Shown: piece by piece, positions 27,071-42,163 of the stretch
Layout: each line of letters begins with the position of its first letter
How positions within the stretch are numbered: the stretch's first letter is position 1
Assembly: GCA_951406725.2 (NCBI GenBank)
Contig: OX597819.1
Location: 64,170,001-64,234,000 of the forward strand
Source of the DNA: Octopus vulgaris
Lineage: Eukaryota
Length of the DNA: 64,000 nucleotides
Direction of reading: 5' to 3'
Made by a program: the position numbers and the translations under genes
Notes under the pieces: model-generated
The model's input: only the letters and a program-made list of their open reading frames with translations
What the model was told of the DNA's origin: nothing
The model's database searches: none

Positions 27071-27194
27071 ATGATGTATATATGATTATAGAAATGTATG
27101 TATCTGTGCAGCATATTCACACTAACATACACATAAACACAAACATACACACACACACGTGTGCACGCGTGTGCGTGTACCTGTACATATGATT

Positions 27195-27421
27195 GTGGGA
27201 ATGTATATTCTATATATATATTGATTCGTTAGCTACTGCACGCATTTTTTTCTCTCCTTCTTTCTGTGTTTTTCTCTCTCTGTGTATCTTTCTGTTGAAG
27301 AGCGTAGGCTCGAAACGTCAAAGACTTGTTTTATTTATATTTCCTGGGCGCCATACTAATACAATTGTTCGTTTGTTTTCCACCTGCCTTCGTCCTTTGT
27401 TTATTTTCATAAAGCTTCCCG

Positions 27422-27425
<4 letters not shown>
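27195..27425 (+). mobile_element. Short repeat carrying a minimal HHR, ending in (TA)n
   Basis: Related copies at 19395-19560(-) and 63575-63650(-). Confidence 0.7.
27287..27324 (+). ncRNA. Minimal PLE-type hammerhead motif (core variant CUGUUGA)
   Basis: TCTTT-CTGTTGA-A-GAGC(GTAG)GCTC-GAAA-CGTC^AAAGA. Perfect stems I and II, with palindromic ACGT in place of stem III. Confidence 0.65.
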
Positions 27426-27468
<43 letters not shown>

Positions 27469-27471
27469 TAT

Positions 27472-27568
<97 letters not shown>

Positions 27569-27589
27569 GATGGCTAGAGATATTAGTGG

Positions 27590-27900
27590 TGTGATTTTTG
27601 AAGTGGAATGTTTTCCATGCTGGTAGCTCGGTCTGTTGACATGGTGCCCAGGAGCTGTCTCATAATACTTATATGGAAAGCCCGAAGATTTTCTACAAAC
27701 ATCTCACACTTAAACAGGTTTATTGTAATGTTGGTATCAATACATGTGCAGTTGTGGGATAGCCCCACCTCCATTTTATCATTTTATCTCCCGAGGACTT
27801 CTCAGTTCACTATCCCCACACCTTCGTGCTTTTTTGAGAAAGATAATGAAACCGAAGTCATTGCAGGCTCTTGGTGAATTATCACTGAATTTTCTACCCC
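27590..27900 (-). pseudogene. Degraded RTE-clade LINE fragment
   Basis: NLFKCEMFVENLRAFHISIMRQLLGTMSTDRATS resembles the RTE post-RT region LLYGCE..LEAFH.RCLR.ILGI.W.DRVTN. Confidence 0.45.
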
Positions 27901-28148
27901 ACCTAGTGTGACGTCAGTCTCGTATCTTTCGCAATGAGTATTCGACTCATGACACACAGGGCATAATGTACTTTTCTTCTGCTTTCAAGCGATTCAGACT
28001 GAGTAATTTTTCGCCTGATATTCTGTTAAAATATACACACGTATATAATGTTCTGAGGGCAGAAAAAATGTGGAAGATGTAAAGGGTGTTTACACAGTCC
28101 AAACTGATTCTACAGTGTATGTTGAATTATTCTGAACGGTAATAAAAA

Positions 28149-28287
28149 TTTACATTATTTACATTTGACGATTATTTGTCCTCTTCTTGTTTGTTGATAA
28201 CACAAAGTTTCGGTTGATATACCCTCCAGCTGATATACCTTCGGCTGATATATCCTCATCAGGTGTCTTGGGGACATTTCGAACCTG
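28149..28287 (-). mobile_element. HHR-bearing repeat, inverted partner of 29325-29513
   Basis: Minus strand reads GACAC-CTGATGA-..(internal micro-duplication of GGTATATCAGC)..-GAAA-CTTT-GTGTT (28199-28267). Confidence 0.75.
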
Positions 28288-28291
28288 AATG

Positions 28292-28403
<112 letters not shown>

Positions 28404-28432
28404 CGACGACGACGACGACGATGATGATGATG

Positions 28433-28466
<34 letters not shown>

Positions 28467-28467
<1 letters not shown>

Positions 28468-29216
28468 TGATCCTGTTGTCTCCAAGTGTTGTCTCCATTG
28501 ATCATGTTGTCTCCAAGTGCAGTCTTCTAGCGCCTACAGAGTATCTCAACAGGCATGATAGAGCTGCACAATATATTCACTGGTTAATCTGCAAAAACCT
28601 GGATTTGCCCCATGAAAAAAATGGTGGGAACACAAACCACCCCCAGTGCTTGAAAATGACCACATCTCACTCCTCTGGAACTTCCCCATTCAAACTGGCA
28701 GAAAGATAGATGCAAATAGGCCAGACGTCATATTGAAAGACTTCAAACAAAGAACATGCCTCCTCATTGATATGACTGTCCCAATCGATATAAACGTATC
28801 TGTCAAGACCTACCAAAAACTGAGCAAATATAAAGATATTGAAATAGAAATCAGCAAAATGTAGAACCTGAATACTTAAACAATACCTGTTGTCATAGGT
28901 GCCCTGGGAATGATAGCAAAAGTGGCTGATTGCTACCTAACTCAGATACAAGGAAACGCCAAAATGGCAGAAATTCAAAAGATAGTGCTCATGGGAACTG
29001 CTCATATCCTACGCAAAATACTTTCTATGTAATCTCAAGGTTTAAATCAAACATTTTTTTTAGACATCCACTAGTACAACACAAAAAAAAAAACAACCAA
29101 ATATATGGCACGCTAGGCATAACAACAACGTGAACTTCCAGCCTGTTGTCTCTTGAGGTCTCTGGGTGAGACTTGGAGCCAACTTGTCCAAATATAAAGC
29201 AAAAGTCAAACATAGA
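28467..29216 (+). mobile_element. 5'-truncated R4/Dong-like non-LTR retrotransposon (restriction-like endonuclease) in (TAA)n
   Basis: IDHVVSKC..YLNRHD..IHW, LLWNFPIQT..ANRPDVIL..CLLIDMTVP..KLSKYKD, IPVVIGALG and ..GTAHILRK. One frameshift and in-frame stops. TAA repeats on both sides. Confidence 0.9.
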
Positions 29217-29222
29217 ATAATA

Positions 29223-29260
<38 letters not shown>

Positions 29261-29374
29261 CACAACAACAACAACAACAATAATGATGATGATCATGATC
29301 ATGATGATCATGATGATAATAATAACATCGAAAAATACCTTAGTAAATAGAGCCCACGTTCGAAATTTTCCCAA

Positions 29375-29420
29375 GACACCTGATGAAACCTGGAGGGTAT
29401 ATCAGCCGAAACATTGTGTT
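29375..29420 (+). ncRNA. Minimal type I hammerhead motif (mutated) within repeat 29325-29513
   Basis: GACAC-CTGATGA-A-ACCTG..CAGCC-GAAA-CATT^GTGTT. Stem I GACAC/GTGTT is intact and the base of stem II is mismatched. Confidence 0.6.
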
Positions 29421-29772
29421 AATAACAAACAACATGAGGACTAATATCCGTCAAAGGTAAATAATGTAAATAATGTACATAATTGCTCATCTCTTAAATA
29501 TAGAACTGTAGTAATCAAAATGTTATGGTTTTCATGACACCGTGGAATGATTGACCATACTCAGTATGCTCGCTCGCTAATCACACTTGAGAAAGATTTT
29601 GATAAGATCCTGCTCTCCAAATCTCAGTTTTCTATGGAGCCAAGAAAAGCATCGTAGCGTAGTTACAAATGCCAATTGTATAAGGATCTTGGAGCCAATT
29701 AAAAAGGAAATATTACGGGGTACGATAAAAATGCTTGCCATATGTTATGGAGGTAGTGATGTGGCGGTATGA

Positions 29773-30581
29773 AATCAAAGATGGCCATTTTTCTTCTAAC
29801 GCTGACTTAAGCTGCTCAATCTGTATGCAGTAGATCTCCTTTGTTAACGTTTCCTTTGCGTTTACACGTTCAAATTGGGATAAACATTCCCACTAAACAG
29901 GTAACAGCACCTTACGTGGTTGAAGACCTTTTTTTAGCCTGGGGTGCCGGTGTTTCTCCTTTCCCTACCCATTGTCTCCTTCACCTGTCGTCAACCTGTC
30001 GTCACCTATCGTACGATTAGATTCCGAAAGTTTGTAAGGAATATATCGAACCAATTTTCTGACATTTTGATGGCACACAGGTGTCGATGAATGGTTGAAT
30101 AACGAAATCCAAGCTTCTCTTCTAGTTATTCACTTACGATGGGATTTTGTTCCACCAGGGTTTGCGAGACAGCGTCTTCGTGCTCTACAAATATTGCAGG
30201 ACGAGGCTCGTCTTCTAGGTTGTAGTTTCCAGCTCGGAATTTTGGTAATCATCGTTGGCGTTGGTTTACCCTTATTGTCCGTGCCCCATATACTGCATTA
30301 ATATTCCTCGTACTCTCCATTGCATTGTTGCCTTTATTGAACTCATAAAGTAAAATATGGCGAATGTGCTCCAAATATGCCGAATGTGCACTTCCAATAT
30401 AGCTTTGAAAAAATAGCTGTTAAAATTTAACTGCAGTCTTCAAAACTTGCAATAAGAATAAGTCCAAGGTAAAATTACAGCCTGCTTTTATAGCAAGTTG
30501 ATACAGATAGTTTATTCTGTCTCCCACTGACTTTTATTTCATGCAATTTCAAAAAACCGCATTATTTATGGGATGACCCAA
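29773..30581 (-). mobile_element. Degraded mariner transposon (5' TIR plus transposase remnants)
   Basis: TA|TTGGGTCATCCCATAAATAATGCGG terminus. Translations EHIRHILLYEFNKGNNA..INAVYG, LEDEPRP, KRQWVGKGETPAPQAKKGLQPRKVLL and ETLTKEIYCIQIEQLKSALEEK. Confidence 0.85.
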
Positions 30582-30955
30582 TATATTGGTGCTGACATTT
30601 TTGTAACTATTTTTCTAATGATCAACTTTTGATGAGGTGGTTTTAGCCCGATTAAAGCTACTTTGCTATCATAAATATACATTTCAATGAATTTGGGATT
30701 CATCACTTGTATCCAATCTTATTTTATACTCCAGCATACAGGTAATCTATATTGCCTATCTACGAATTCTTTTTGCTTCCAATTGTAATTTCTTATGTGC
30801 ATGCCGGCAAGTTGCTTTCATTGTTCACATATGTGATGGCGATATAAACCTCAAACGTCTCATTAGGATTAAGGAATTAAGGCTGTTTCTCGATTCTGCC
30901 ACAAATTTCTATATGTATTTCTTTTTTACTTTGACTGAGTATGATAAAATTCAGT

Positions 30956-31262
30956 GGCGGCGCTATGGCCCAGTGATTAGGGCAGAGGACTCGCGGACGG
31001 ATGATCACGGTTTCGATTCGCAGACCGGGCCTTGTGTGTGTTTTTGAGCGAAAACACCTAAAGGTCCACAAGGCTCCGACAGGGGTTGTTGGCGACCCTT
31101 GTTGTACTCTTTCGCCCCAACTTTCTCTCACTCTTTATTCCTGTTTCTTGAGTAACGCTGCGATGGACAGGCGTCCTGTCCAGCTGGTGAGAACACACGC
31201 CATAGAAACCGGGAAACCCGGCGCATGAGCCTGGCTAGGCTTGAAAAGGGCGCATAAATAAA
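30956..31262 (+). mobile_element. tRNA(Arg-like)-derived SINE family C
   Basis: tRNA-like head TGGCCCAGTG..GACTCGCG..GGTTTCGATT and body CTGCGATGGAC..GAAACCGG. Homologous to 51720-52018. Confidence 0.85.
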
Positions 31263-32018
31263 TAAAAATGATAAAATTCAAGTGTTTCTAAGTGGTTTCT
31301 CAGCTTGCAAGCCAAGTGTTTGTAGATGCACATGGTAAAAATGTAAAATAACAAAAAAGCAAAAACAAAAAGCAAAAACAAGAAAATAAAACTGAAAGAG
31401 ACGGATATCGAGAAGATTAGACAAGAGGGTCATAACATTTCCGTGACACAAGAATATCTCTGGTATCATATAGAAGGAAGTATCAATCTAAATATTAGTA
31501 TAGTAAAATTTATGAAAATATTTGCAGGATTGTGCAATGGGATCCGCGAGAATGCCAACATAACGTATCACGAAACCCAGTACTCAGACGATATACTAAA
31601 GTAACTGTACACATTCCTATACGTGATACATTTAACATAGCCCTCTGACAAGCAGGTAAAGAAAACGATTTAGTTGGATGATATTACGTTGTCGTCATAA
31701 TAATGAATTCGCCACACACTATATATTTATCTGATAATTTATGCTCCATTTAATACTTGTGCATTTTCACATAGTACTAAGTATTCAGCATTGTAACTGT
31801 GATTCACAATTTCAGATGAAAAGTTTGTTCATTGTTTGTATTGAAATGATAATATCTGAATGTTGAAAATGAATACCTTCAACGGGAAGAAAAGTAAATC
31901 CATTTAATAATAAAGTAAGGAAAAGAAATTATACTGGGAGGTTTCTATTATATCCTTATATTTTTGTATTTCAGAGAAAAATCTGTGGCTTGCACGAAAT
32001 TGACTTATATGCATGTGA

Positions 32019-32230
<212 letters not shown>

Positions 32231-32999
32231 CTATCTATTTATCTGGTTACGTACACACATATATACATACACACATACATACAAGCAAACGCATTTATAT
32301 AATTTCAGGAATTCTATCCTTCTACTTCCATATATGCACGCATGTGTCTTTATATTCATATAATACGTCAAGAGTATATTAGAATTACGTGAATAGAACC
32401 CTAAGGTCAGCAACATTTTAGAGAGGTCACCGACTACCAGAAATTCCTGAATCAACATTACCAATTCGTTTGAAGTCACGGAATATTCTTTTGATGTGTG
32501 ATGGTTATTAAATTAACCCTTTTAAATTCTAACAGCTGGTTTAAGGGGAAATTGTAAGAAACTCTCAGAAGTCTATGTAAGTCTACCGGCTCATACGGAA
32601 AATAACTTTGTAGAGATTATTGGTATACAAAGCAAAACGTATGCCTATGTATACATTTGAATGCAACCCTGGGAATATCTCTTATACTTGTTGTACCAAG
32701 AATTTATACAAGTATGTGGGTACGTGCATGAGTGTGAGAATGCGTATGTATGTGTGTGGGTGTGAGTGTGTACTTCATAGTGATTTCATGAATATGTGTG
32801 TATGTGTGTGTGTGTGTTCGTGTGTGTGCCTGTAAATACGTACATCGTGTGGAAACTCATTTAAAGATTTCTAGTTAACGTAAATAGAAGATAATAAAAT
32901 ACATAAAAGCCGTACGAATATGCATGTTTGTGTGACCGTATATAAATATATGCAGATATAGTTGTGTGTGTGTGTGTGTGTGTGTGTGTGAGCATGTGA

Positions 33000-33044
<45 letters not shown>

Positions 33045-33242
33045 GGTGTATATATATATATGTGTATAGGTAGAAGTTAAAGTTATTTATATATGTATAT
33101 ATAAATATCAATAATCTTAACTTCTACCTATACATATAAATAAATATATATATATAAGTACATACATATATGTAAATATGTATACATTTACATATATAAA
33201 TAAATATATTTATATGTGTATATGTACATACATATATATATG

Positions 33243-33292
<50 letters not shown>

Positions 33293-33330
33293 TTTGTGTG
33301 TATATATATGTATATCTGTGTGCATATAAT

Positions 33331-33361
<31 letters not shown>

Positions 33362-33638
33362 GCATATGCACATATGTATACATAATTATGTATATGTACC
33401 TGTGCAGAGACAAGGAGAGAGAGGATACTGAAGTGTATATACACCCATGTGTGTATATACATATGTACACATAAAAAGGAAGAAAGGTGGATTATTATTA
33501 TTTATTGCATTAGAGACAACATGCTTGCGTGAGATAAATAAATGAAGTTGCAGCATTGGTTTGTATACTGCGGGGTATTTCTTTGATACTAACCTGGATA
33601 TTTCATCTAGAACAGCACAGAAGCATTAACATACATAG

Positions 33639-33697
<59 letters not shown>

Positions 33698-33709
33698 AAT
33701 ATGTATATA

Positions 33710-33753
<44 letters not shown>

Positions 33754-33907
33754 TGCATATATACATATATACATATATATATATATGTATATATATATAT
33801 ACATATGTATATACATATATATATATGTGCGTGTGTATATATATATATATATTCATACGTACGTACATACAGACATACGTAATTACATACAAACACTTTT
33901 ACATATA

Positions 33908-34294
33908 TCGTGGCACTCCGCCGGTTACGCTGACGCGAGTTCCAGTTGATCCGATCTTCGGAACAGACTGCTAGTGTAATTAACGTGCAAATAGCTGAGC
34001 ACCCAACAAACATATATACTCTTAACGCAGTTCTCGGCGAGATTCAGCGTGACACAGAGTGTGACAAGACTGGACCTTTGATATACAGGTACCACAGAAA
34101 CAGGAAGAGAGAGAGAGGGAGAGAAAGTTGTGATGAAAGAATACAGCAGAGATTGCTACCACCCACTTCCGGAGCTTCGTGGAGCTTTATGTGTTTTTTG
34201 CTCAATAAACACTCACAACGCCCGGTCTGGGTATCGAGACCGTGATCCTACGACCGCGAGTCAACTGCCCTAAACACTGGACGATTGTGCCTCC
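33908..34294 (-). mobile_element. SINE with family C tRNA head and a different 3' body
   Basis: 34200-34294 is the reverse complement of the 30956 head. The body recurs at 36511-36709. Confidence 0.8.
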
Positions 34295-34500
34295 ACATAT
34301 ATATATATATATATATTTAATTTGTTTTGCGAGACGGACTGTTTCAACGAGGTTGCGTATTGTCCTTGCCTTTCAAACGCGGATTAGTTGAAACAGGGAC
34401 AACTGAAGAAGGGGAATATTCTTTAAGTTTCTTCGAAAAAATGTTCGTTTCTGTGTTTTTGTTTTTATGTTTTCGTTTCTCATTGTCTTCAACGTTTTTG

Positions 34501-35488
<988 letters not shown>

Positions 35489-35856
35489 TTATTTTATATG
35501 TATAATATATATATGTTTTGTTTTTTTGAAAATTAGTACAGGTGATTTCTAAACATCCTTCAACATAAAGTAAAAATATTTCCATAATTTCTTATAGGAG
35601 GCTGAATGGCACTATTTATGATTTGTGTTCTCATGTATACAGGCGAAGGGTTTATAGGTTGGTTGGAGGTGAGATAGAGCAGGCAAATATAATTATAGAG
35701 ATAGATGAATAAATTAGATAGATTGTTGAGGGAATAGCATTATAAATAAGGTAAGGGTGTAAAGTACATTTATAAGCTGAGAAAATGTGCATATACACAA
35801 GGCACACGCACGTATATACATGCATACATACATTCATCCTTACATACATACATACA

Positions 35857-35894
<38 letters not shown>

Positions 35895-35989
35895 GGGGTG
35901 TGTATATATATATATAATAAACTCTTATTGACTTCCCAATCTCCGTTTTCCTCTTCTCCTATATATATATATATATATATATATAATGT

Positions 35990-36110
35990 GGTTGCTTGTT
36001 CCTTCTCAAGCCATGCCTGGCTCATAAGGCCGGTGTCCTGGTTTCCTTGGCGTATGGGTTACCCACCTGGACGGAACGCCGGTCCGTCACAGGGGAGCCG
36101 CAAGGTGCAG
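35990..36110 (-). mobile_element. SINE family C, 3' fragment
   Basis: Reverse complement of 51897-52016. Confidence 0.75.
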
Positions 36111-36351
36111 CAGTATATATATATATATACACACTTTGTATTTACGTGAATACATTAATAGCTACGACCACTGACATATACATCCATATACCACGTCGTC
36201 ATCATCATCATCATCATCATCATCTTCAACATCATCATCATCATGATTACCCGTAGTAGTAGTAGCAGTAGTAGTTGTAGTAGTATGGTTGGTGATGTTG
36301 TTGTTGCTGTTGGTGGTGGTTATTGTGTTGGTAATGATGGTAGTAGTAGTG

Positions 36352-36398
<47 letters not shown>

Positions 36399-36448
36399 TA
36401 TAGTAGTAACAGTAGTAAGAGTATGGGTGGTTACCCTGGTGTTGTTAC

Positions 36449-36479
<31 letters not shown>

Positions 36480-36510
36480 GGTTGTGATGGTGGTGATGAT
36501 AGTTGTAGTA

Positions 36511-36634
36511 GTGCAAATAGCTGAGCACCCAACAAACATATATACTCTTAACGCAGTTCTCGGCGAGATTCAGCGTGACACAGAGTGTGACAAGACTGGC
36601 CCTTTGATATACAGGTACCACAGAAACAGGAAGA

Positions 36635-36672
<38 letters not shown>

Positions 36673-36709
36673 AAGTTGTGATGAAAGAATGCAGCAGAGA
36701 TTGCTACCA
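36511..36709 (-). mobile_element. Near-identical copy of SINE body 33985-34160
   Basis: Direct match, embedded in a (GTA)/(GGT) tract. Confidence 0.85.
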
Positions 36710-36834
36710 GATTGTTGGTAGTGCTGGCTATGATGGTGGTGATGCTAGTAGTAGGAGCATTGGGGTGGTGGTGTTGTTGCTGGTGGTGTTGGTGATGGTA
36801 GTATCCGTATCATTATTATTATTATTATTATTGT

Positions 36835-36865
<31 letters not shown>

Positions 36866-36866
36866 T

Positions 36867-36903
<37 letters not shown>

Positions 36904-37429
36904 CGTCCTGTGTTTTCCAGATGTTAAGCTAATTTTCTGAGCAATGTCGGAATATGAACGTATTAATTATTACCACATAAACAACGCAAAATTTGACCAA
37001 TTTTAAATATCGATTACACGATAGGAGAGAATACCACTAAGATAGTAGAGAAATAGATGATAATAGTTTTCGCATACAATAAATAATTTTTTTATTACGT
37101 ATTTGAGAATATGTTAGTAGATGGGTTTCGAACATTTGTTTTAAAATATTTCCATATAGATGCTATAAATATTACAATAATAAATATTACAATAATGAAA
37201 TATTACAATAATGATTTTAACATGATTATACGGATTATAGGTAACATATCATAATATAAATACAATTTCAGGTGGGACTAGATATATATATATTACATTC
37301 ATGTGTAATTGACCAAATACAAGCAGTATTTTGCTGTGTTAACTTAACAATTCTACAAATTTGGGTCTCTCATGAGCATCGAATGAAAAGTAATCAGCGT
37401 TACGTACGCATATAATAATAATAATAATT

Positions 37430-37500
<71 letters not shown>

Positions 37501-37502
37501 GT

Positions 37503-37796
37503 GAACAGTGAATGAGTCATATACATGCTTGCGTGTGTATGGAGAGGAGAAAATCAGGTGTAGTGTTGGCGAATCTCAGGAAGCATGGAAGTTTTGAAAA
37601 ATGCAGTGATCTGACAGCTAACAACTAATACTGTCAGTTTGTTCCATACTTCAGCAACTCTTAGCGTGAAAAAATGTTTCCGAAAATCATAGGAGCTGTG
37701 TTGTTTTTTGACTTTGTAAATATGACAGAGGGTGTTAGACAGGTGGAGTTTGAAAAGGTGCTCAGAATTATTGTTATAAGATGGTTAATAATTTGT
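37503..37796 (-). mobile_element. CR1/L2-like LINE 3' end
   Basis: SEHLFKLHLSNT..HIYKVKKQHSSYDFRKHFFTLRVAEVWNKL matches the CR1-type TRGH..R.HFF..RV...WN.L terminus. Followed by a (TTA)n tail. Confidence 0.8.
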
Positions 37797-38437
37797 CTTA
37801 ATAATATGTTTTAGGAAGCTTCAGAAATAATATCAATATTTGCTGAAATTATTAATTTTTCTATCTGTATAATTTGATGGCTATCTATGTGCCTCTTTCA
37901 TACAAATTCTTATACATCTGTTTATCTTTAAATTTATCTATCGCTATAATTTTCTGCCAGGGTACTTTTCAAACAACGTATATGTATTTAATCTTTGTAA
38001 TGCCGTGAGTTAGATTCCCGGCTGTGTATTGTTTTCTTGAGCAAGACACGTTATTTCACGTTCCTGCAGTACACTTAGCTGGTAAATTCAGTCGTTTCAG
38101 TGTTATCCTGTACTGCGTTGCGCTCATAATACAACCATTTGGTTAAGGTCAAACAACTAACAAGCAAATCAGCGGTTTTTGGCAGAATATTTGCTGTAGC
38201 ACTATGTATGTATGTATGTATGTATGTAGATTTATACATATATGTGTGTGTATAGAAGTGTGCCTGAATATATGTTTGTGTGTTTGGATATGTGTATGTA
38301 TGTCTTCTATTCTTAGTTATTATAGAAGGGACATACATACACATTTGTACATATGTGTGTATGTATGTATATGTGTATGTATGTCTGTGTATATGTATGG
38401 CTAATTCTTTATATACGTGTATGCATACTTACGTTCA

Positions 38438-38495
<58 letters not shown>

Positions 38496-38572
38496 TACAT
38501 ACATAAATACATATACACATGCATGTATACATATTTATATATAAGTGCATATATATCTATATATATACAAGA

Positions 38573-39115
<543 letters not shown>

Positions 39116-39199
39116 ATATGCAGATATATATGTATCTTGGTGTTTGTATCCGAGTAAAAAATAAAATAAAAGGTCAATGAATATTTAATAACGACTGCA

Positions 39200-40065
39200 A
39201 ATTTCTGCCACAAGGGAAGCTTGTGGGAGAGGATGAAGGTGACTACATCGACCTCAATGCCTAACTGGTACTTATTTCACCGACCCCGAAGCGATGAAAT
39301 ACGAAGTCGACCTCGGCCGAATTTGAACTCAGAATGCAGCGACGAGCAAATTGCTATTTAGCCTCTTGCCACGCGTGCTAACCATTCTTTTCTACTCTAG
39401 GCACAAAGCCCGAAATTTTTATGGAGAGGGCAGTCGAATAGATCGACTCCAGTACGCAACCGGTTCTTAATTGATCGTTCCCGAAAGGATGTAAGTCAAA
39501 TTCGACCTCGGAGGAATTTGAACTCCGAACGTAAAGACAGACGAAATACCGCTAAGCATTTCGCCCCGCGTACTAATCATTCTGCCAGATCGCCGCTTTA
39601 GATGAATATATAATTATGATTTAAAATTTTTCGACAAGGGCTGCAACTTTGGGGGAAGGGATGAGTCGATTACACCTACCTAGTGATCAACAGGTACTCA
39701 TTTTATTGACACCTAAAGGATGAAGTGTAAGGTCGATCTTGGCAGAATTTGAACTCACAACGTAGTGATGGGTGAAATAGCGCTAAGCATTTCGTCCAGC
39801 ATGCTAACGATTCGACGAGCTCGCCGCTTTCTGATGAACATTTACTATTGCTTTCTACTGGAGGCACAAATCCTCAGATTTGTGGGGAGTGGACTAGTCG
39901 ATTACATCAGCCCAAATGTTGCACTGGTACTTAAGCTATCGAACCCGAAAGCATGAAAGGCAAAGTCGACCACGGCAGAAGTTGAACACAGAACTTAGCG
40001 ACGGATGAAATACCGCTAAGCATTTCATTCAGCGTGCTAACCAATCTAGCAGCTTGTTGCCGTCT
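39200..40065 (-). mobile_element. Four head-to-tail copies of tRNA-derived SINE family D
   Basis: Repeated ACTGGTACTTATTT.ATCGACCCCGAAAGGATGAAAGGCAAAGTCGACCTCGGCGGAATTTGAACTC..GCTAAGCATTTCG units at about 39200, 39390, 39620 and 39850. Confidence 0.88.
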
Positions 40066-40083
40066 GATGAATATTTAATAATA

Positions 40084-40498
40084 CTCTTTTACTCTTTTGC
40101 TTGTTTCAGTCATTTGACTGTGGCCATGCTGGAACACCGCCTTTATTCGTGCAAATCGATCCCAGGACTTATCCTTTGTAAGCTTAGTACTTATTTCATC
40201 GGTCTCTTACGCCGCGCCGCTATGTTACGGGGACGTAAACACACCAGCATCGGTTGCCAGGCGATGTGGGGAGACAAATACAGTGGCGCAAACATATACA
40301 CACTCATACATTATATATACATATATAGATATATACGACGGGCTTCTTTCAGTTTTCGTCTACCAAATCCACTCACAAGGCTTTGGTCGGCCCGAGGCTA
40401 TAGTAGAAGACACTTGCCCAAGATGACACGAAGTGGGACTGAACCCCGAAACATGTGGTTCGTAAGGAAGCTACTTACCCCACAGCCACTCCTACACC
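40084..40498 (-). mobile_element. SINE family A, full length
   Basis: Reverse complement of 6694-7181. Confidence 0.9.
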
Positions 40499-41057
40499 TA
40501 AAATAGTAAGTCTTTAAACCGATTGAATACTTTAATTGATAAACTCAACTCAACTGGTATAATTTTAAATGCTACACCTTAGAAAGCAATCCTGTGTAAG
40601 TAGCATTTCAATACAACCAAAGAACACCCACACAAAATTACTCAAAACGAAATAATAAACACTGTCACTAACATGTGTTATCTTTTAGAAGAATAACAAA
40701 CATTGTTTCTCCGATGCGATATATCTATGAGAACTATCCGCTTTCTCTTATCATCCTAAGTTTCAGTTGACGGTTTCTGGAATAACATGTCGAACATCTG
40801 GTTTTGATATAACAACAGCTTATATTAAAGTAGCACACTGCATCATGGAACATCTGTGAATGGCTTACTTCCTGCCTTGTCTGCAAGTATCAATTAACAA
40901 TTTAACGGTAACGTACTACATAATCCCATCACTATGACGTGCACACATTCTCTCTCACCCCACTATCTCTCTGTCACACACACACAAATACTCACACATT
41001 TATATGTATATATATATATATATGTTGCATGTATGAAAGTATGCATATATATACATG

Positions 41058-41118
<61 letters not shown>

Positions 41119-41224
41119 GCACATACACATACGATGGATTCTCTAGTCGTGAACGACAAAAGAGGGTTCGGTCAATTAAAGAGTTAATCATGTGTGGAGA
41201 CGAATGTGTCACTTGAGGCATATA

Positions 41225-41310
<86 letters not shown>

Positions 41311-41513
41311 AAATAGAAAGATGAATAATCTTGTAGTAGATTAATCAAAAGTTTAACCGATACCTTAGTAGCAAAAATCACAGCAGTAAACAGCACGGTT
41401 GGAGGTACAACCATATGGTGTTGCAACCGTGCGTTGGTGCGGATAATTGAAATTAAAACATTATTGGTGAATTGAAGAAATGGAGCTGAACGCAGATTGA
41501 AGAGAAATCGTTT

Positions 41514-41607
41514 TATTTCATTCTACACGTGTTTCGAAAGGCACAAATTACCAAAATCCGATTGAATAATGGGACCATATTGTGTCTTTCTCTTCAGGAA
41601 GAAAATA
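41514..41607 (-). ncRNA. Type I hammerhead ribozyme (inverted copy)
   Basis: Exact reverse complement of 41965-42058. Confidence 0.85.
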
Positions 41608-41964
41608 GGAAATCCGTTGGAAAAACAAAAACAGAACAGAGGCGGAGCAAAAACAAATCGAACTATGCTCCTAAGAGCCCATGGCGAAACTGTTTATCAG
41701 TGTATGTTGAGAACCGGTGGCTGAAGAATTTAACGAGTCAGGCACCGGTCAATCATGTGGGTGAGGGTGTGTAGGTGTTCTTTGTGACCGAGAATAAAGT
41801 TCTGACTATTTAAGGAATATTGGATGTTTTATAAGGGGCGAGAAAAATCTACTTAGAGACGTGTGTGTGTGTATACTGTTCTATATATGTGTGTGTTGGC
41901 GTAGGGGTAGAAAACATTTTTGTGTACGTGTGTGCGTTTGTTTTTGTTTTTCCAACGGATTTCC

Positions 41965-42058
41965 TATTTTCTTCCTGAAGAGAAAGACACAATATGGTCC
42001 CATTATTCAATCGGATTTTGGTAATTTGTGCCTTTCGAAACACGTGTAGAATGAAATA
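41965..42058 (+). ncRNA. Type I hammerhead ribozyme
   Basis: TATTTTCTTC-CTGAAGA-GAAAGACACAA..TTGTGCCTTTC-GAAA-CACGTG-TA^GAATGAAATA. Stem I 9/10 pairs, stem II 10/11 pairs, palindromic ACACGTGT stem III, GUA triplet, predicted cut after 42048. Confidence 0.87.
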
Positions 42059-42113
42059 AAACGATTTCTGTTCAATCTGCGTTCAGCTCCATTTCTTCAA
42101 TTCACCAATAATG

Positions 42114-42163
<50 letters not shown>

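Larger units (their letters stand above)
41310..42115. mobile_element. HHR-containing PLE pLTR-like element with 177 bp inverted repeats
   Basis: Arms 41457-41633 / 41939-42115 with one substitution. (TA)n on both flanks. Confidence 0.85.

Noticed and set aside
32525-32575. Minus-strand CTGAGAG...AAACCAGCTGTT possible HHR remnant
   Set aside because: Both core boxes are defective and stem II is absent; too degenerate to support.
39200-40065. Regularly recurring repeats suggestive of a CRISPR-like array
   Set aside because: Units are about 200 bp diverged SINEs without short identical repeats or unique spacers. The context is eukaryotic and no cas genes are present.
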